A DNA stretch of 64,000 nucleotides, taken from contig OZ059897.1 of NCBI GenBank assembly GCA_964057225.1, positions 7,688,001 to 7,752,000 on the forward strand, given 5' to 3'. Positions within the stretch are counted from its first letter, which is position 1. Each line of letters starts with the position of its first letter. Below, in pieces: positions 46,101 through 59,405 of the stretch. Under the pieces are notes generated by a model. That model searched no databases and was not told where the DNA came from. It was given only the letters and a program-made list of their open reading frames with translations. Source of the DNA: Auanema rhodensis (lineage: Eukaryota; Animalia; Nematoda). The translations under genes were made by a program, and so were the position numbers.

Positions 46101-49100
46101 GATACGTCTCCGGGGCTGTCCTATGGTGGTCGACAAATCAATTTGATTTCTTCAGATGACATTGGCACTATTAGTCATTTTGACCACACCCTACGGGATG
46201 GGAGTTTCTTGATGATCATGATGATGACGATGATGGTGGGTTCTTTCATTCTTTCTCCCCCATATAGCTATATTCTCCAAAAATATAAGAAAAATAAAGT
46301 AGAATGATAAAGATAAAAAAGCAATAAGAATATTTCTATTCTCAAACTATGTTATTCTACATATTTTATCAAAACAAAATAATATGTAAAGAATAAAACT
46401 ATGAGAGAGGGGAAAAGAAAGAGAGAGATAGGAGTAGGAGTGAAAGAATGTGTGGCGGGCGGTTCTATAAAGACCCACCAGGTTATTATAAACAATTTTA
46501 TATTTTGATCACATTCCAAAAATAATAATAATGATTAGATAAGCGATTCTACATTTTAAAAGTCGTAGATTGTGCACTTAATATCACTCAAACCAGGTAT
46601 ATTTTTCAACGAATTAACTGATTCTATTGAACTATATAAAATGTAAATCAAACCTTGATTTCGCTGGTGTCTTTTCCCCACTTGCCACGGAGTTCATCCA
46701 AATCAGCAACGAGCTTGCGGTTTTGCTCTTCAAGACGCTTGACACGGTCAATGTAATTTCCAAGACGATCATTCAAACCCTAGAAAAATTAATGTTTAAA
46801 ATTGGGGTAATTGTTTTAGCAAACAAAATTAACAAAGAATATTTTTACCTGAAGTTCTTTCTTTTCCTTATCGGTGGCTTCAAGGAAAGATTTGGCAGCA
46901 TTGGCAGACAAAGCTGGGGAGATTCCACCAATAGTAGCGGATCCCATCTCAGTTACCATCTTGAGCACACGTCCTAAACAAAGAAAATAATAAATATAAA
47001 AAGGAAGTAGAAAAAAACATTTTGGGATGGAGGTATAACTGGCCTATGGGAAAATCAACACTTTTAAACAGGATAAGATGTGTTTACCTGACCAGACACT
47101 TGGTTTGAAGTCAGCCCAAATACCGAGATCAGGCTCAGACTGCCAAGAAACACGTTCCGCATATGGGTAATCGTAACGTTCAATTCCCCCAGATTTAGAA
47201 GGATGAATCGAAGTGTTGCCAACTGCATTTTTGACATCAAAAGTTTTTGTATATGAATGAGTAGACGGCGTTGATGCAACAGAATCGTATATAACGTGAG
47301 AAACTTTAGAAACATATGGTGCATCACGAATCAGAACGTTTTCGGAAATAGATGGACGCCTTGTGTCGGTGATGGACGGGCGTCGTGGTTCTGGAATAGA
47401 TGGACGCCTCACTCTGCTTTTGCTAACTGAATCATAAAGTGGAGATGAGGATGATGTCTTCGTGACCGAATATGATTCAGATGTTTTAGAGACAGTACTC
47501 TGAGACAAAACGGCGCCGCTTCCAATTGCATAACCATTTGAAGACGAGCCGTTGGCAACTGGGTATCCACCGGAAGCAGAGCCGTTGGCAACTACGTGCC
47601 CATTGGAAGCAGAACCGTTCATGACTACATGGCCATTGGAAGCAGAACCGTTCATAACTACATGGCCATTGTAAGTAGTGCCGTTTCCAATCGCATAGCC
47701 ATTTGAAGCAGATCCATTGCCAATCGCATAGCCATTTGAAGCGGACCCATTGCCAATCGCATAGCCATTTGAAACAGAGCCATTGACATCTGTATAGCCA
47801 GTTGTAACAGAACCATTGCTGATTGTATAGCCTGTGGTAGCAGAGCCATTGCTGATTGTATAGTCAGTGGTAGCAGAGCCATTGCTGACAACGTTACCAT
47901 TGGAAACAGAACCATTACCAACAGCATGACCGTTTGAAGAAGATCCGTTTACCATCTTAGCATGTCCATTTGATTTATACCCTGAGGTACTGGAGATTTC
48001 AACTGTATTGCCGTTGATAATGGTTTTCGAAGACTCCATTGGCGGAATATCGTAGATAGGTTCCTCTTTGGTTGCACTTCCATTTGATGTGGCCGTAGAG
48101 TTTTTCTTATTTTTCTTCGACTTGCCAGATGGATTATGCTGCTCTGAGGACTTGCGTTCAATGCTGCTCACAAGCTCTGATACTGTTTTCTTGACAGTCT
48201 TAACGACGCTGTCTTTCTTCTCCGGCTTCTTTTCGTCTTCCATATTTGAATACATAGTAAAAATGAATATTCAGAAGACGTTAGTAGAGAATAAAAAACT
48301 GAATAGTGTTTTTGAAGTTTGAAGAACGTCCGACTATGGTAGAGGCAAAGTAGACAATAAAAGTAAAGACACTCTCTACCTCTCTTATCAGTTCCAATGC
48401 CAAATATCAAAAGCATGCCCCTTGAGAAGAATTTGTACATACATATGGCTTGGATTGGTTGGTAAACAAACGAATTATAAGCCACCCACGGTTTCTTGGA
48501 GATTATAGCGCCCAAAATTGGTTTTTTTCCTCTATGTTTCACTGAACCATGATTGGAATTCGAAAAAAATGAGTTATTTAAGTTAATATTTGAATTTCAA
48601 TAATAAAATGATTTTACAGATGCACCAAGTATTCAATAAAGACCAATTATCAACATATTCTGTTGTTGGAAACGGCTCAAAATTTAAAAAAAAACTGCCA
48701 AATTGAACGGATTATGTGTTTCAAAATCGTATTATCAGTTAGAATCTTGCCTATTTTTAAAAGCATTATTCAATGTTGAAAATCATGATAGGCCGCATGA
48801 TTCAATATTATTTTTGTTTTAAACCAATAAGAAAGTGGAAATAACATAAAACTATGAAATTCTGTCTATGACTAATCTTCTTCAGTAGTCATACCACCTA
48901 CTGAGATACTTTGAGCAGTAATATGGGTTCATATCTTTTACTTCAATTGTATGTATCATTTCAATATCAATATGGTTTCATACTAGATGTTGATCATTCA
49001 AATCTTTCGTCTTTCAACTAGAATTTTCTCTCATACTAAAGCTAAGACATAGTATGTGGAGTATATTAGAAAAGAAAAAAAGTTTTCGTGATACAGAAAT

Positions 49101-49870
49101 GATACTAAGCCATGGCGAAGAAGGTATACATACGCACATACACACATATATGTATACAGACTTCTACGATAGTGGTGATGATGAAGATGATGATCTGATG
49201 TTGTCGATTGCAATTAGATTGAAGTCTTTTCAAGTGTATTAACAGCCGATAATGAGATAGTTTGTGAGAATCGACAGTGAACAATCAGTTACTATGTTCT
49301 CATAATAATAAAAAATAGGTTCTATTTTTATTATTTTTATTCCTTTAAAATAATAAAAATAACAAGGAAATAACTTTCAGCATTGAAATGAAAAGTAAAA
49401 ATTGAAGTTATTTACTTTTTTAATAATTTTCCTTTCACAACATATACAATGAGCATACTATACGCGATGATATAAACACACTTCACAGCTTTCACTTTCT
49501 TGTGGTTGTTCAAGCTGATACGTTTTGTTTAAGGTTTTAACGTTGCTTACTCGCTCATACCGAGGGTTGTATGCGATAGTTTTTTTTTATTCGCAACATC
49601 ATATAAAGCGATGCAAAATAAGATTGAAAAAAATAAAAAACGGCATATGTAAAGACGAATTATGCTTACCTCCAGATGCTCGATTTTCAGACATTTTTGA
49701 TTAAAAGTGTTGTTGGATTCTATAATAGATAGGTAGATAGTAGTAGTTCAGCCTAGCTAGAGTAGTGAAAGATTTGCCGTATATGGAAACGTAGTCTCTT
49801 CCTAGTGATGATTGGGGGATGGATGGGATGGGCTGAAGAGTATTCCGTTAAAGACAACGGAATGGGACGA

Positions 49871-49940
<70 letters not shown>

Positions 49941-52900
49941 GAAGGTTGACCAAAGAAGACGACAGCGGCCACTACGACAACGGTTGAAGAACGCTGTACG
50001 CAAAATAGATCATATAAGTATAAAGAGATTTCTCGGAAAGAGATAGAGACTAGAATGAGAAGGAAAAACAGAAGAGAATGAAGAGTGATAGAGAAGGAAT
50101 GAGAGAGAATAAAAACGAATAGGAAACAAGAGAAATTGGGAGAGAGAGAGAGAGAGAGGTTAGTCAAGGCTGATCATCAATGTCCGCCAACATCATCTAT
50201 CTATCTTTTGACAAACAAAATCAATTACGTCTTCATGCCACACCCAACATGGCAAGAACTTGTCTCATGTATTCACCTCTTGAAACTATAATTTTAATTC
50301 TTAAAAGCTGAATATATATGTTCATTTTCGAAAACTGACGGATGAACTGTTAAATCAATATCCAGAAAGATTTCGAGTTTTTTCGATCTAATTATAAGAC
50401 ATCTCTGTTATTCGGTAATTTTTTCATAATTTCTTATCATTCTCACTCGACGAAAATTGATGAAAAAAAGAAAAAAAGGAAGAGAAAAATCATTTTTTTA
50501 TGATTAATACAGTCAAATTGATACTTTGGACACTTTCTGAGAATTTTTCTTTCATTCTCTTATTACCTCTCTCTTTCACTTTTCCATTTGAACTTCTTTC
50601 AATAAATTTGTAATATTAATCTGATGCTATTATTTAAAACTTCATCAATATTACAAAAACGAACAAAAATCAAAAAAATATTCAATAAATCTTAAACTTT
50701 GATTATAATTTCAATCTCATATGACCTCATTTGCGTATGAAAACCACAAATATCTCTATGATTTGCAGAATAAACGTTTGATAAGATGTGTGAACGGACA
50801 GAAACGAAAATGATGAAGACAACTAGTCATAGTAGACGACAAAGAGATAAATCTTTCATCATTATTATTAAAATTTGGATAGATAATGGGGGAGGGGGAT
50901 ATGAATGTGTAGCTATGTGATAAATTCAAAATGACAACTCTAAATCATGTTTTTCAAGTACAAAATCTTGATGGTCAAATGAGATGAAACACGCACATAC
51001 ACATACACATAGATATAGTCATGTATACACACTGAGGTCAAAAACGAAGGTAATCCATATTGATGCAAGAGCAATACAAATTTTGTTGTGGCCGCCAACT
51101 TTGTTAAGTTGAAGCAATTTGAAAAAATAAAAAGATTTCTTACAGAACATGTTCATCTTCAGTTATTTAACAACGTTGCCACTCACTGTGTCAATACTTT
51201 TTCAAATCATCTTACATCCTTCATTCATTTCGAGCTCATCTCTTTTTCTCTTCTATCTTGTTCTGTGTTAATCTTCAAGCTATCTATTGATTTTGGATAT
51301 TTTTGATTTCATTCTTCTTTTTTTTCGAAAATATATTTAAATTTAAATTTTATTCATAAATAAACTATTCTGATAGAAAAAGAAATTTTATTCATGGAAG
51401 ATGTATTCTGATAGTCAACTCGCTATGGTATTTCTGTCACACATACACATACACGCACGCAGACAAACACACATAGTTGAGTATAATTCTTAAAACTTGA
51501 TCAGAATGAAGCAGGAAATGACGAAAGTTTCAACTTGAGATTAAAACCTTATAAACCTTCACAAACATTTGCTATTTCGTAGATAAGAAATCTTTCATGT
51601 TGATAGCAAATTTTTGCAGCGATTTGTTTGTCCAATCAATTTGGCATTGGTGTTCAAAGCTTTTCACAGCTTTTCCTGTCATTCTACTCCAAGTCATTGT
51701 AAGCGTTGGGCTGTATGGTGTCAATTTACATGTCTTCATCTTCTTTTTTTTTATATTTCAAAGTACAGGAGTTTCCTCATTATTGTTTCAAGCATTGTTT
51801 TCAACATTTTCTTATTTTACATTAGATAGTTTTCATTTTTCAATTTTTAATCAAAAAACTGAACTTAATTAGACCCTATTCTTATACATTCAGATTTTCT
51901 AACTATTTGAATATTATATATAATTTCTCGGAAGTTAGCCAAACAAGGATATCTCTTCTCTCTTCATGCTTTTCATGAATCAAACATTCTTCAAATATTT
52001 ACATGTCTTATCTGTGACTTAGGCAAATATGAGAAAAAGTTTTTATGTTGCCAAAATGGATACCCTACAAATGTGGCTTGAATATTGAAAGCACATTATA
52101 TCGTATCTGATAATTGGTACTTCACAAATTAAATTAATAGCTAATCTCAACTCAAAATATCATATTGAGCTTTCAAAATCTCTGTATTATTCAATTTTTC
52201 ACGTCCCCGATTTACAAAAATTAACGTGAAACACTTCTCACGTTTGACTCATTTTTATAGACCAGAAAGCACTCAGCGGTTGCATTCGAAGAACGTATAT
52301 CATTTTTTTATGAAAAAATATCATTTCTGGAGCGGTTTTATAGTTTTTTTTTTGAGAAAAAAAATGTCACCACATATCGAGGACATACGATATCAAGCCT
52401 GTTTGTGAAACTTTACAGGCCGAAGATGATATTATGTTTGAAATGGACAGGAGGAGATACATTAGTTGTGGATGGTACGAAAATGGTAATGGATGAGTGT
52501 GGGAGGGACAAATAGTCCGACAAGGATGATAGTACCTAAAATAGAAGGCTAGTAGCGTTGGTTGGCAGAGGTATGAATAGATTAACACAACAAGGTCAGA
52601 GCTATCATGATGTGTTTACCACATCAGAACAGGCGGCATGAAAAACGAAAAACTAAGTTCTGTCGTGATTCGTTGTCAGTCGTCGTATCGTAGATTCAAT
52701 GATGATATTAAGAATGGAAAAAATTTAAATTCCGAAGGTAAAGGACATTCTGTCACAGCACGTTTAACCAAATAGTAATAACCATTACGAATAAATTTGA
52801 TTTCTCTATTCTTCTACTTACAAGGTGTCAAGTTGGCCACACACATACATCAAGAAAATACATTCAAACTTTCCCTTTTCTTCAAATTATATGGAAAAAG

Positions 52901-53133
52901 TCAAATGTTTGTAGATAACTATACCCTTCACAGTATTTTCATAGGCATTTACAGTTATACCTCAAGCATTTTTGAAGATAAAAATTTTAAAAAAACTAAC
53001 CTCCTCCACCGGTTCCAGTTCCACCGGAAACATAGTTTCCACTCTGGCGTGAGAGAGAGCCAACGGCAGTACGTGGTTGAATGGTAGATCTGTATTGGAT
53101 CTCATATTCAGAAGACGACTCCTGCTTCGACAT
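43159..53133 (-). CDS. ifb-1: Cytoplasmic intermediate filament protein B1 with lamin-tail domain. First exon 53001-53133; shared exons 46849-46973, 46654-46779, 45100-45221, 44701-44887, 44571-44653, 44423-44521, 44139-44379, 43912-44090, 43737-43866, 43508-43690, 43339-43458, 43159-43203
   Basis: All GT-AG junctions keep frame; [16 protein letters not shown] (coil 1A), [16 protein letters not shown] (rod end), [19 protein letters not shown]...[14 protein letters not shown] closely match recalled C. elegans IFB-1; head [22 protein letters not shown] resembles the IFB-1A head. Confidence 0.95.
47088..48255 (-). CDS. ifb-1: Alternative long first exon of ifb-1 (389 aa low-complexity head with [11 protein letters not shown]-type repeats)
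   Basis: 403-aa ORF; phase-1 donor TCAG|GTAAAC at 47088/47087 joins the shared exon at 46973 in frame over a 114-nt intron. Confidence 0.75.
47520..47950 (-). repeat. Coding minisatellite, ~33-bp (11-aa) units, about 12 copies
   Basis: [11 protein letters not shown] / [11 protein letters not shown] / [11 protein letters not shown] units in the translated ORF. Confidence 0.85.
49670..49694 (-). CDS. ifb-1: Alternative micro first exon of ifb-1 (MSENRASG-G)
   Basis: AAAAATG start context; strong phase-1 donor GAG|GTAAGC compatible with the shared exon 46973. Confidence 0.6.
49872..49936. repeat. (GA)n microsatellite; similar tracts at ~42820-42905, 50140-50158, 53690-53752, 59341-59403; (TA)n at 43236-43261
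   Basis: Directly visible. Confidence 0.95.
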
Positions 53134-53147
53134 TCCGCGTTCGATTG

Positions 53148-53153
53148 CTGCAA
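53148..53153 (-). promoter_or_regulatory. Probable trans-splice (SL) acceptor of the distal ifb-1 first exon
   Basis: TTGCAG ending 14 nt upstream of the ATG after a pyrimidine-rich tract. Confidence 0.5.
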
Positions 53154-53701
53154 GTAAATTCGAGGATGAGAAACAGATAAATGCGAAGAATATGACCATA
53201 TGAAGAAACACGATAAACATTCAAAATACATAAACAACGAGAAGAAAATGAAAAAGTTAATGACAACTAAGTTGAAAGAAAGAAGACCAGATGATAGAAT
53301 ATCATTCGAACAAGAAAATAAATCTGATTTCATTAAGCTGGATGATTTGAACTGAAAGAAAACTATCCGAAAAGAGGCTAATAGTGAATATAAATGGTAG
53401 GAACGGATTAATATCAAAGAGAGGATTCACAATACATAATTTCTTTCAATTATTTTCTCTTCTTCTTAGCATTTATCTTTCGTTCTCATTTCTTTATGAT
53501 AGAAGGTAAAACGATGACAATTTGAAAGAGGACGAGACAGCTAATCGCCCTCCGGGACCTATAGACGGACTCGAAAAAGGAACCGGTATAGCCTTGTACC
53601 ATCAGCATCAGCACTAGCCCGTACTAGACAGTTTGGTAAAATCTCTAAGCGGAAAAGAGAAAGCAAATGAGGGAGAATGAAAAAGGCAGATAGAGAGAGA
53701 G

Positions 53702-53753
<52 letters not shown>

Positions 53754-56700
53754 GACGGGAGGATAGTGAGGTTGAATAGACAACAGAAGGATGGATATGG
53801 CTGGTCCTCCTTTTGTGAATGTTTCTGATTGAACGTTAATCTAAACGAACCATTATTCAATACACGAAATCGCAATTAGACCGACTAGAGGTGTGGCCAG
53901 CAAAGAAGAAAAGGGCCAAGGATGATGACGATCTTAAACGACGGCTAAATGATTCGAGACAGAAAAAATGACTGAAGTCTAATAGCTTTGAAAGAGTTTG
54001 TGAATCATCTTTTCCACTAAACAGCTCATCTCTTTCTTTCTCTCTTTCTCTCTTTCTCTCTCTCTATCTCTTCACCTTATATGTTCCTCTCATGCAAACT
54101 CGTCGAAAGCATTTGAACCACAGAAACAAAGCTGAATTGATTATCGTGTACAGGACATATGTGCTGGGAATGATACTAGCAAAATCATTATGACCAGAAA
54201 AAACGGCAGATATAGTTCTAATGAGATATTTTCATTAGATTTGTTTCAAAAAAATCAAGTTTTTAGTGTTTTCACAGCAAAAAGTAGTAGAAGTAGGAGA
54301 TTTAATAGAAGTATAATGGTATCAATGACAAGGAGAATGTGATTTTAGTTTGATTTCAATGAATTAAATTAGTATATTTATGAGTTTATAAAAACATAAA
54401 AGGAACTATGTATACAACATCATCGTAGTATGGTGAGAAAACAAATAATGGAAACTTTCCAAATATAGTTTAGAGAAACAAGTTCATAAGCTGTATCAAA
54501 ATAGTTTCTCTTCCCTCCCTCTATCCTCACTCTTTTTTTTTCCAAAAAAGGAAACAATGACAGAGGCTGACTATGAAGAGTGGTGTATAGAGTAAGAGAA
54601 TAAACATTCGTAAAACAACAGAAAATGTTTTTTTGTTTATCTTTTGCCAAGGTCTACATGAACTTGCGCAAAAAGTATCCTGTTGGAGACAAGATTGAAG
54701 ACAACATTTGAAAAATCTCCTTCTAAATAAATAACATATAACTGTCTAAAAACTTATCGCTTTGCTTAATACGATTGAATTGAACACAACAATCTTCTAA
54801 AAATGCAAAATAGCTTTTAATTTTGGAAACTTTTCTTTGAAATTTTTTAATTTTGATAAAAGTAGTACAAACTATATTTAAGAGAATTATTGAGAATTGG
54901 TTGTATGGTTTTCGTTTTTGTGTGTCTGTGTGTAATGTTCACAGAATAAACGGAGGTTTTGGTAGTTTGAAGGGCCATCAGCTCGTTTTCCATCAGGATC
55001 AGAATCTTGTTTTTGGAATTTTAATGGAAATTATTATCTTAATCTTATTTGCACACGTTTTTTTGTGGTTCACGCTAGTATAAATGGTTTAAATGTCCAA
55101 AAAAAAATCTGTTGGTACTGCAACTGATCGGAATATTTGGAATGAAAAATAAATGAAATAATTGAAACTAAAAATATGAAATGATATGTAATATCAAGGT
55201 CATCCAATAAAAACTTTCAACCTAAGTTGAACTTAACAGTCTTTGCTTTCGTTATAATTTTTCAGTATAGTGATAGTGACGAATTTCTACTAAATTCATT
55301 CTATCTAACATTTGAAATTCTGATAGAACGTTGGAGAAAATGGAAGATAACTACTGAAACATTAAAGTGATTGGAATAATCAGGTGGGCAGTTCATGCAC
55401 CTAGTGCATTCAAACATGGAAGAGGAAGACAGAAATTGCGTCAAAAACACTAGAAAAGCAGAAAAGACGGTGGCAAAACGATCAATTTAAGTGACATCTT
55501 CATACGAGCATGACAATGGGGACTACGCCCTACGGATGAAATCAGAAGGCGTTGACAGAACAATGATTCAAGTAATTTTAAAATAATCTTATGACAAGAT
55601 TCTGAATTAACGTTGTTTGAGCATTGAAGTATCAGTGAGGTAACTTTGACACTAACAACAGAGATCGGAAACTTTGATATCAACGACAAGAGTAAACGGT
55701 CAGGATGTGATGAGACTACGCTCTTGGTGAAGACGACAAAGACTACAAGGGAGGAGGAGGAGCAGCAGCAGAAGGAATGACGAGGCAAATTCGAAGCCGA
55801 TGTGTTTACTTTTCCTTTAAGCGCCGCCCTGGACACCTGGGTACCAATGATTGGATGATCGGGCAGACAACAACGACCACGACCACGACGAAGACAACGC
55901 TGAAACAACGGCGACAACTACGACGACGACAATTCTGCTGATGATGATGAAAAATAAGTAGGCAGCACCAACAATCTGATATCGAAGAATCATCAAAACC
56001 TGATGATGTCGGCGCTTGGGTCATCTGTGAAAAAGCCACACAAGCGAAGAACACGTCTATAGCTCAAGAGATGAAATTAGAAATATCGCCAGATTGCTTT
56101 AAGATGATTTATGATTTGTGAATGAAAAAATTTGAAAAGTTGGTTCCAATCAATCAGTGTTGTAAGGAATAGATCCGACAGTCATTTAACATTAACCATT
56201 AAGGAAAAATTCAAAATCGATATGGTTAATAATGGAAAAGTATTAGAGTGTTTGGGCCATCATCATCGTCATCATCATCATCAACAAGTGAAACTACACT
56301 GAAATCTGGAAACTGCGTCATTCTGAAGCAGTTTGTCCGTTTACAATTCTATATTCTATGTACAGTCATCATCGACGCGGTTAAATCTTTCTTGAGCTTA
56401 AAGTAGAAAGACGACAAAAACACAGAGATACAGACAGTGCTAGGCTTGTAATGACTTAACTTCCAGATGAATTTAGAAACTAGAGAAAATTATAAGGTAA
56501 GGGAAGCAAAGAAAAAGAGAAATACAACAAGAAAGATGATGCACCAGACGGATGATAGAAAGAGGAAAACATGAGGGTACTGGAAGAGGAAGAGACAACC
56601 AGGTGAGGTGAAACCTGTCATGCAAATAGAAATCTGCGGACAAATGTTTCGACACAATGAACGAAAACGGTAGAGAATGAGCATAAAGAGCAAGTCACAA

Positions 56701-59355
56701 CGGTGACTGATTCAGATTGAGATACAAAAGAAAAAAAAGAAGACGAAGAAGAAGAAAAATAGATTTCTAATTGTATATGATAGATGTGACAAGTTATTCA
56801 TGATATTATAGAATAATGAACCATCAATAGTGAAGAAAAGGAATATGTAATTCATGTGCGGTCAGGTTGTCACAAGTCGAAGTTTCAAAAAGAGGAGGGA
56901 TTTCTTGTAAATCTTGTGCATGTAAGAAATTTTCGAGAACTTAAAATGAAAAGATGAAGAAATCATAATCAAAAATAGTCAGAAAATCAAAGAAGTCTAA
57001 GTGAACGGTTCAAGACAAATAAGGAAAGAGATTCATTTTATCGAATTTTTTGTTATATAAACCAGACTACACACTCAAAGTACATTTAATATTTATTTTT
57101 TGTTGACAGAAAAAAAGTTCTTCAAACTTAGAATTTGGTAAAAAGGCTAATACTATAGAAAAAGAGCATATTAAACTGGAAAAGGAAGGAAAGAAGGTGC
57201 AATAGTAAAGATGTACGCGAGAGGTAAGGAGAGTAGGCGGAACAAGAGAAATTATCCGCTCTGGTATAGCAAAGAAGAAAAATAACAATTTTGAGCTGAT
57301 GAGCAGGAATTGCGTGGAAAGTTCACGTAACGATGTGCGTAGAGAAAATTCATACATAAACTTTGGTGATGCAGGTAAAGCCAGGAGACAAATAGTACAG
57401 AGAGAGAGTGGAAACCCGTATTGGCTGGTTTTTAACATTTCGGACAATGAGGGCAGAAAATGCTTTTCATATATCGTTTTTCAGTACAAGCTGATTGAAA
57501 ACGATGAATAGTCAAAGAGGGGAAGAGAGAGATATATAGAGAGTGAGAGAGAGAAAGAAAGAGAGTTTCATAAAAGATTCTCAGTGTTTCATTTTTGTGG
57601 TCAGATAAGGCCAAAGCAAAAGAGAGAGAGAAAGAGAGAGAGGGGGGGAAGAGATAGAGATCATTTCTTCTAAATGACTCAACATATTTTTCTCAGAATA
57701 TAGTACTATATATACAAATATTTATTTTTTTTAATATTTTTTTCTGAAATAGCTGATATGGTAATACTTGAAAAAAATAAAATAATAGAGATGTGAGAAA
57801 ATCTGTTTAGTTAAGATAACATTTGAATTAAGATGTCCTTGAGAAAGTGTGTTCCAATTGACTTAAAGCGAATGCAATGTTCCGCCTACCTTCTTGTCGT
57901 CTAAGTCATTTTGATGAGATAGAACATCGTTCTTTGGAAGTTTTTTCTGAGGACTATGATGGATAATTGTTTCAAATGCTCGTTAAAATCTTGAAGTGAT
58001 TTCAATTTTCTTAATTGTTATCTTAACATTAATAGAACATTGATGAAGAAAAAAGTTTGAAAATCTGAGAAATAGGTGGGTGACAGGCGAGAAAGGTTTG
58101 AAAGTCTCATTGAATAGGCGAATGTAAAGTTACATACGTATATGGAAAGATTGTTAGCTTAGTGAGTCAATGTTTCAGAGATTCAAAATTTTTTTTCAAA
58201 AAAAAAAAAAATATTACTCAACTGAATTGTTTAAAAATACAAAAAACTATTTATGGTATGATGATGCAAAGATGAGAAAAATAAAATATTTTAGAATTGT
58301 TAATGTTTTTTCGAGTTCTAGTTCATTTATTTTCAAAAGAGGTAGCTCAGTGAAGTTCAAGGTTAATCCTCAGGACGTCTTCAATCGACCGATCGGCTGA
58401 ACTAGCCTGACTGCAACGTCTATGGTTTGCATTTCGGATCGTCAGGGCCTGGTGCCACAACGGAAAATTTTAATTTTTTTTCTGCTCATTTCTCATCAGT
58501 TCTTGCGTAGGCATTTCAGATTGCTGTGAAGATGAAGGAGAACGAGGAAGAAAAAGAATCACAGAGACAGAGAGAACGAGAGAGAAAGAGAGAAAAAGAA
58601 ATTTTTTCTGATAAAGATATAACGGTAAAAACGTTTTCGGTTGAAAACTGGAAAACTGTCTTTCTCGAGAGATTTTTCAATGATTAAGTTGTATATTGAC
58701 TTAGAAAACGTGTACGATGGATGACGCTTTGATATATCATCTAATCATTAATCCACATTACTGGTAAAAATTAAGATCAATCATGAAGAAGTGGTAGTTA
58801 AATGGGTTCACGCTGTTTTCATCCTATTATATTTATGTGAAAAACATGAGAAAATGTGTACGTGAAATAGAAAGACAATTACTATATGAATAGTTAGCTA
58901 TATACATTGGCATAGTATACAGATTGTTAAGTGGACAACTATGGAAAGGTATGCTAGTAGTGGTAGTAGTGGAAGGACAGTGAGGAATACGAAAGAATAG
59001 GTTGCAGGCAGAGAGTGTAACAGATACAGATTGAAAGCACCAGTATCGTGTACACCACCTATAGTTATGAATGAAGAGAGAAAATTAGAAAATGAGGCAA
59101 AACGAGACAAAAATGATCAAAAGGAAATGAGAGAGTACGAGAGAAATGAAAAAGTCCAGCGAGGGATGAATGCAGGACATGAGATTGAAGCAAAGTATGA
59201 GCTAAAAAGTGGCCGGTTTTGGAAAGGGAAAGAGGAATTGAACGAGGAGGCAACACACGGTTAACCATCATCGGCAATATAGCATGTAGCCGACCCCGAT
59301 TGAAGAAAGAACGAAAGACAGAGGGAGGGAGAGAGAGCCAGAAAGAGATAGAGAT

Positions 59356-59405
<50 letters not shown>

